From Nemertoderma westbladi (Eukaryota > Animalia > Xenacoelomorpha), in assembly GCA_032718475.1 (NCBI GenBank), contig JAUCBJ010002639.1, positions 1 through 64,000 of the forward strand: a stretch of 64,000 bases of DNA, in the 5' to 3' direction. This document shows positions 58,799 through 64,000 of the stretch, piece after piece. Made by a program: the position numbers and the translations under genes. Every line of letters starts with the position of its first letter. Position 1 is the stretch's first letter. The notes under the pieces are model-generated. The model saw nothing but the letters and a program-made list of their open reading frames with translations, was not told the DNA's origin and did not search any database.

Positions 58799-60466
58799 GT
58801 ACCTGTACAAGTGGTAGGGTTGTAGGTAAGATCCTTCTAATTTGATACTTACCGAAGGCCTGGACTACTGGTATTATAGTACCTGTACAAGTGGCAGGGT
58901 TGTAGGTAAGATCCTTCTAATTTGATACTTACCGAAGGCCTGGACTACTGGTATTATAGTACCTGTACAAGTGGCAGGGTTGTAGGTAAGATCCTTCTAA
59001 TTGGATACTTACCGAAGGCCTGGACTACTGGTATTATAGTACCTGTACAAGAGGCAGGGTTGTAGGTAAGATCCTTCTAATTGGATACTTCAGTACTTAC
59101 CGAAGGCCTGGACTACTGGTATTATAGTACCTGTACAAGTGGCAGGGTTGTAGGTAAGATTCTTCTAATTGGATACTTACCGAAGGCCTGGACTACTGGT
59201 ATTATAGTACCTGTACAAGTGGCAGGGTTGTAGGTAAGATCCTTCTAATTGGATACTTACCGAAGGCCTGGACTAATGGTATTATAGTACCTGTACAAGT
59301 GGCAGGGTTCTAGGTAAGATCCTTCTAATTGGATACTTACCGAAGGCCTGGACTACTGGTATTATAGTACCTGTACAAGTAGCAGGGTTCTAGGTAAGAT
59401 CCTTCTAATTGGATACTTACCGAAGGCCTGGACTACTGGTATTATAGTACCTGTACAAGGGGCAGGGTAGTAGGTAAGATCCTTCTAATTGGATACTTAC
59501 CGAAGGCCTGGACTACTGGTATTATAGTACCTGTACAAGTGGCAGAGTTGTAGGTAAGATCCTTCTAATTGGATACTTACCGAAGGCCTGGACTACTGGT
59601 ATTATACTACCTGTACAAGTGGCAGGGTTGTAGGTAAGATCCTTCTAATTTTTTTTTCTTTTTTATATGTCAATTTAATAAAGCAAAATGCCAACAAATA
59701 TATACTACGGTACACAATACATTTAGCATTTACGGGGGAAATTCAAACTATTTTTAATATTATTTATTAATCCTGTCCGTCGCAGCAGTCTGTCAGTGGT
59801 AACTGAACTACCCAGCAACCCCGCAGTCCGTGTCCGCGTTCGCCAGCCGTATGGAGGTGTCCAATATCGCGTGGTGAACTGGCCGCTTGGATGCGGAACG
59901 CGCCCCGCGAAGACACATCAGACTGGACCGCAGAAGCGCAAAACTAATTTGTCTCCGGATCCAGGAAACACAGTCGGAGTACCGGATTTCACGGCGGTCC
60001 GACAGCTTGTATGCCAGCCGTTTCACAAACTGGCGCATTGCTGGGCTGGTAATACTGGTATTATAGTACCTGTACAAGTGGCAGAGTAATTAATGTAAGA
60101 TCCTTCTAATTGGATACTTACCGAAGGCCTGGACTACTGGTATTATAGTACCTGTACAAGTGGCAGGGTTGTAGGTAAGATACTTCTAATTGGATACTTA
60201 CTGACTTACCGAAGGCCTGGACTACTGGTATTATAGTACCTGTACAAGGGGCAGGGTAGTAGGTAAGATCCTTCTAATTGGATACTTACCGAAGGCCTGG
60301 ACTACTGGTATTATACAGTAGTACCTGTACAAGTGGCAGGGTTGTAGGTAAGATCCTTCTAATTGGATACTTACCGAAGGCCTGGACTACTGGTATTATA
60401 GTACCTGTACAAGAGGCAGGGTTGTAGGTAAGATACTTCTAATTGGATACTTCAGTACTTACCGAA
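58799..60466. repeat. 80-bp tandem repeat (about 16 copies), interrupted by a CRE fragment and ended by an LTR
   Basis: Unit gtacctgtacaagtggcagggttgtaggtaagatccttctaattggatacttaccgaaggcctggactactggtattata. Confidence 0.97.
59649..60047 (-). mobile_element. 5'-truncated CRE-clade non-LTR retrotransposon with A-rich tail
   Basis: FVKRLA.KLS..R...YS..VSWIRRQISFALLRSSLMCLRGAR is a typical CRE ORF C-terminus; T-tract at 59649..59664. Confidence 0.75.
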
Positions 60467-61696
60467 TGTTCGCGCTTTTGAAGACCTTTAGCAGTTTAAC
60501 CTGCCAAAATTTATATGTCTTTTAGTTAATTAACACACCTTTAGCATACGACAATATTTTATGCTAATACGCAAAACATTAGCCGAAGCCAGCCCATGCG
60601 CGATCATTCACCCGATGGATCTACACCCGGGAGGCTGAATTCGGATGCTTAGATTTTATTATTGCAGTGTAAGGTTGCAGTGTAAACCTATTGTATTATT
60701 CGATAGATCACTAATATGTAATTTCTGACAGATATTATTAACTTTCGGGAAATATTAACAGTTCCTTTAGGACGTGGCGCTCTATCTATTTAAACAGAGC
60801 TAGGACTTATACTAAACGCAACGATAAGGCTTATGATTAAAGTATAAGTCGCATTCTTTAGGAAATGCTTTGTTACCAGTCACATCACACTCACAATCAT
60901 GCACACTATTCTGCCGACCGTCAGTATATTTGATCACACATAAAGAGAACAGCAATTGACTCAGGTAGTGTCTACTAAATAACATTAGATTCAATACACA
61001 CCACATTGATATAAATCGCAATTGTTATATATAGCCCGCCTCTCTAACCTGTAGTGTATCAAGAAAATTGGGAATTTGGGGTGATTTATCCGTATTCTCC
61101 AAAGGGCAATATTTCCATCAACAAATAGATACAATTAATAACTGACGGTAAATAGCAGTACAAACAATATGATTAGTGCAGTTAAATTAAGTGAGGTAAC
61201 ACCGCCGGTAACAGTTATACTTTCTATAATCTAAGCAGTTTTACTAGAGTTCTTAGAGCCGGTGTTTCTGGCTTAGACAGCAATAACAACAAAGTATCAA
61301 GTAAAAACAGTAAGACTGAACACTCTCCTTATGATCGGCTGAAAAGCTACACGTCGACAGGAAATATCGCTCTGATTGGCTCAAGCCAAACAAAGAACTA
61401 TGCGTCCAATGGATGTTTCCATGTCAGCAACCAGCTGTTAGATGTCGTAATATGAATCATCACGGCTAAGCTGTGAAAGGTAGTTGGTGCATTACAGGTT
61501 TTTTGCCTTACCATGTCCGCCAAAACACGTATATAGCAGAATGACTTTTATGTCCATTAAAACACCTGTAACGGTACCTTGCGGGCGAGGGGAATATATA
61601 TACAGTTAGAGAACCTTTTTAGAGTATTCCAGCGCCTGGGGGGAAACTGGATTGCGAAGCAAAAGGGGCCAGTTATATCCCACAGAAGCTTTTACA
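60467..61696 (-). repeat. 3' LTR (~1.23 kb) of a third BEL-like element related to element 2
   Basis: Homologous to 16046..17211. On the minus strand it is preceded by purine-rich GGGAGCGG|TGTAAAAG and ends GCGAACA inside the satellite. Confidence 0.8.
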
Positions 61697-61774
61697 CCGC
61701 TCCCAGAAAATGGGATTTGAGTCTATAAATATACAAAAATCACAGTTTCTAATATACGTAAATACTCTAAACAG

Positions 61775-62773
61775 TTAGTCTTTCTTGCGCGGACGGCGTT
61801 TACGCAGTTTTTTAAAGCTAGCAAGAGTCCTTTTCTCTTTGGGGCGAGCCACTTTACGAGGAGGGCTATAACTCCTGGGTGAAGGGTGCAATATGATTGC
61901 ATCAGAAGGTATGGGATTGCGATCGGTATATCCGCCGGTCGAAGTACCGGGTTGATTGACATCAACGTCCGGGGAGAGGGGTCTAACGGCTTTGAGAGCT
62001 CGTTTCAAGACAGCCGCTCTTACGGGTCCTTTACGAGTGGTCTGAACGAGGGCCGTGGGTGGACCATAGGCAGTTAGAAACTTCCTTGGTTTAATGGTTC
62101 TTTCCAACTCGCGTTCGCGGGCTCTGTACTCGTAAGGCCGTCGATATACTTCCTGTAACTCAGGGTGTGAGTTGACAAATAAGTCTCCATAGGCCGGATC
62201 TTGACGGATAAAGTTTATTAAGTTATACGAATTGATGTCACTCGGATTAATGCTCCTGAGGAATTTGCGTACATATTTGGTTGAAATACATTCTCCAACG
62301 CGCTTCAATAGTTCATAACTTGATAGGCGCGATTTCTGCTCGACGGAGGCAAACAAATATGGATGGAACGCATAAACTCCTTCGTAGGCGCGTCCAGGAT
62401 AATAGCGATGGCGTGAATCACAATGTAAATCAGCGTTCGCTTCCCAAGCTCTGATGTAACGTAGTGTGATCATTTCATCTACGCTTTCCAAATCGTGATT
62501 AAAAGGGCAATCGAAACTGGCATGTCCCTTTAGTTGACAATGGTGACATTGAGTCATAAATTGAGGGCAAACCGCAAAAATATGCAAATTATTAAATCTG
62601 CAATACGCGCAATATTTTTCATCGCCGGTTGTTCGTGGAAATAGGAACAGCGGACGTTTGTGTCCATGGGCGTAACATGGTCTCTCGATGCGCATAACCG
62701 ACAACGTTGCCGAGAAACATAGTTGGCATGGCGATAATCGTACGCAGTGAGACACTGTGGACTTTGATACCAT
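61775..62773 (-). CDS. Accessory zinc-knuckle protein (332 aa) just inside the 3' LTR
   Basis: CAYCRFNNLHIFAVC, CHHCQLKGHASFDC; basic tail KKLRKRRPRKKD. Confidence 0.7.
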   Translation of the reverse strand: MVSKSTVSHCVRLSPCQLCFSATLSVMRIERPCYAHGHKRPLFLFPRTTGDEKYCAYCRFNNLHIFAVCPQFMTQCHHCQLKGHASFDCPFNHDLESVDEMITLRYIRAWEANADLHCDSRHRYYPGRAYEGVYAFHPYLFASVEQKSRLSSYELLKRVGECISTKYVRKFLRSINPSDINSYNLINFIRQDPAYGDLFVNSHPELQEVYRRPYEYRARERELERTIKPRKFLTAYGPPTALVQTTRKGPVRAAVLKRALKAVRPLSPDVDVNQPGTSTGGYTDRNPIPSDAIILHPSPRSYSPPRKVARPKEKRTLASFKKLRKRRPRKKD

Positions 62774-64000
62774 TCTAGGATGTAATCGTTGTCGCTGTTC
62801 CGAGCGCGATAGGCTGAATCTCCTCAGATTCTAGACATATTGGTTCGTCTTCCCAGTCTGTTACGAATAGAATTTTCGTTATCTATTCTCGGTTTATCGT
62901 TACGACGCCGCTGGGTATGATATTTAAATAGAACCATTTCCCTTTCGGTGTCTACATCGTCCGTGTCATGTAAATCGATAGGATGGCCGGTAGTTAAGAA
63001 GTCCATATACGTACCATTACGATGCGTATAGCGAGCGGTTAATTTTCAATAGTCCAATTCACGCGTAAGTTGCTCTTGGGACATCGGCGGTTCGATATAA
63101 CGACCATCGTCCTCCGTAATAGTCGGATCGGCTTCACCGCGTATCAAGCTATCCACAAACGCTTGTAAAGGTAGAGTATATCACTTTCTAATACCAAGGT
63201 CATCTTCTATCAATTCCGTCATATCTGCTATCTGAGTTTATTAATATCAATATAAGTTAATATTTTAGGCAAGCGGGCGTCACTGCCTACTAGGCTTTTC
63301 CCCCCGGACAGTGGGTTTCTCAGCGCCGATGTACCGCTGTCGCAGTGTTTACGCCAACATGTAGCAACAGCACGACAACGATAACCGGCACAAGTCCCAC
63401 CACTGTCCGTCCCAAAAGCTTGAATCCACTTGAGGTTATCTCGGTAGAGTTAGGGCTACTTTACAATTGCGATTAGCTACTGTAAACACACTTTAGTAGT
63501 AACATTCACCTATAAACGCACAAATTCCATACAATCATTACTTATTGCACACATGCATGCCATTTGTCCGTTAGTCAGTGTCTTCCAGAATGTCACGTTA
63601 TTACTATGTATCCTTGGATACTAATAGTGCGCTATGTATACTCTTAGGCTACGCAATGGGGCAAGCTTTTATTGGTCCTTTAACTTGTTTCTAATTCTAG
63701 CGTGGGTGTTGCCATGGTGACATTATGGAAAACTAGCGGTAGAATTAGGGCAATCCTCAGGCATACAGATCTGGGATGTTATTTAATAGTAATTCTTTAA
63801 TTGTCAATATCCTCTTTATGCATGATTTTATAAATTTTATCGGCTATTGACTATATGTTGGAGATTCTCACACTCTAGTACACTCAATATGAATCTCCGC
63901 TCCCATGATCTATTAATTACTGGAATTTTGGGAATGTTATAAATTGTACAAAATGACAATTTATGAAATTCATTTGAATATGAATTTAAATTTATTCCCG

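Noticed and set aside
58799-60466. U1 snRNA, spliced-leader RNA genes or hammerhead ribozyme in the 80-bp unit
   Set aside because: ATACTTACC is just the complement of a splice donor. There is no U1 body, no convincing Sm site and no CTGATGA/GAAA core.
16046-61696. One giant LTR element bounded by the two homologous LTRs
   Set aside because: The copies are clearly diverged and each has its internal sequence on the outer side (leader to the left, PPT to the right).

Overview
Eukaryotic, probably invertebrate-animal, genomic DNA dominated by mobile elements. From left to right it holds: two nested BEL/Pao LTR retrotransposons on the minus strand (element 1 inserted into the integrase of element 2), an intronless SLC44/CTL choline-transporter-like gene, a 19-bp minisatellite and a two-exon TBC1D22 RabGAP gene. 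Next is an ~18-kb Polinton/Maverick (adintovirus-like endogenous virus) inserted in a Penelope relic. Its ORFs are all intact: pPolB, protease, major capsid, two pentons, integrase, packaging ATPase, RING, exonuclease-like, a divergent TBP-like and a PC4-like protein. Its right TIR is cut off by a tandem/inverted array of Helentron-like elements. Then come a TEX36-like pseudogene, a three-exon fibrinogen-related gene, L2 and CRE fragments, an 80-bp satellite, and the 3' LTR plus an accessory zinc-knuckle ORF of a third BEL element. The most notable signals are (i) the TBP-like and PC4-like genes flanking the Polinton polymerase, (ii) a 253-nt GT..AG segment in the Polinton leader that folds back end to end like a mirtron, and (iii) an 80-bp satellite whose unit parses as a 30-nt microexon plus a 50-nt GT-AG intron. 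All calls come from reading motifs by eye; no searches were run.
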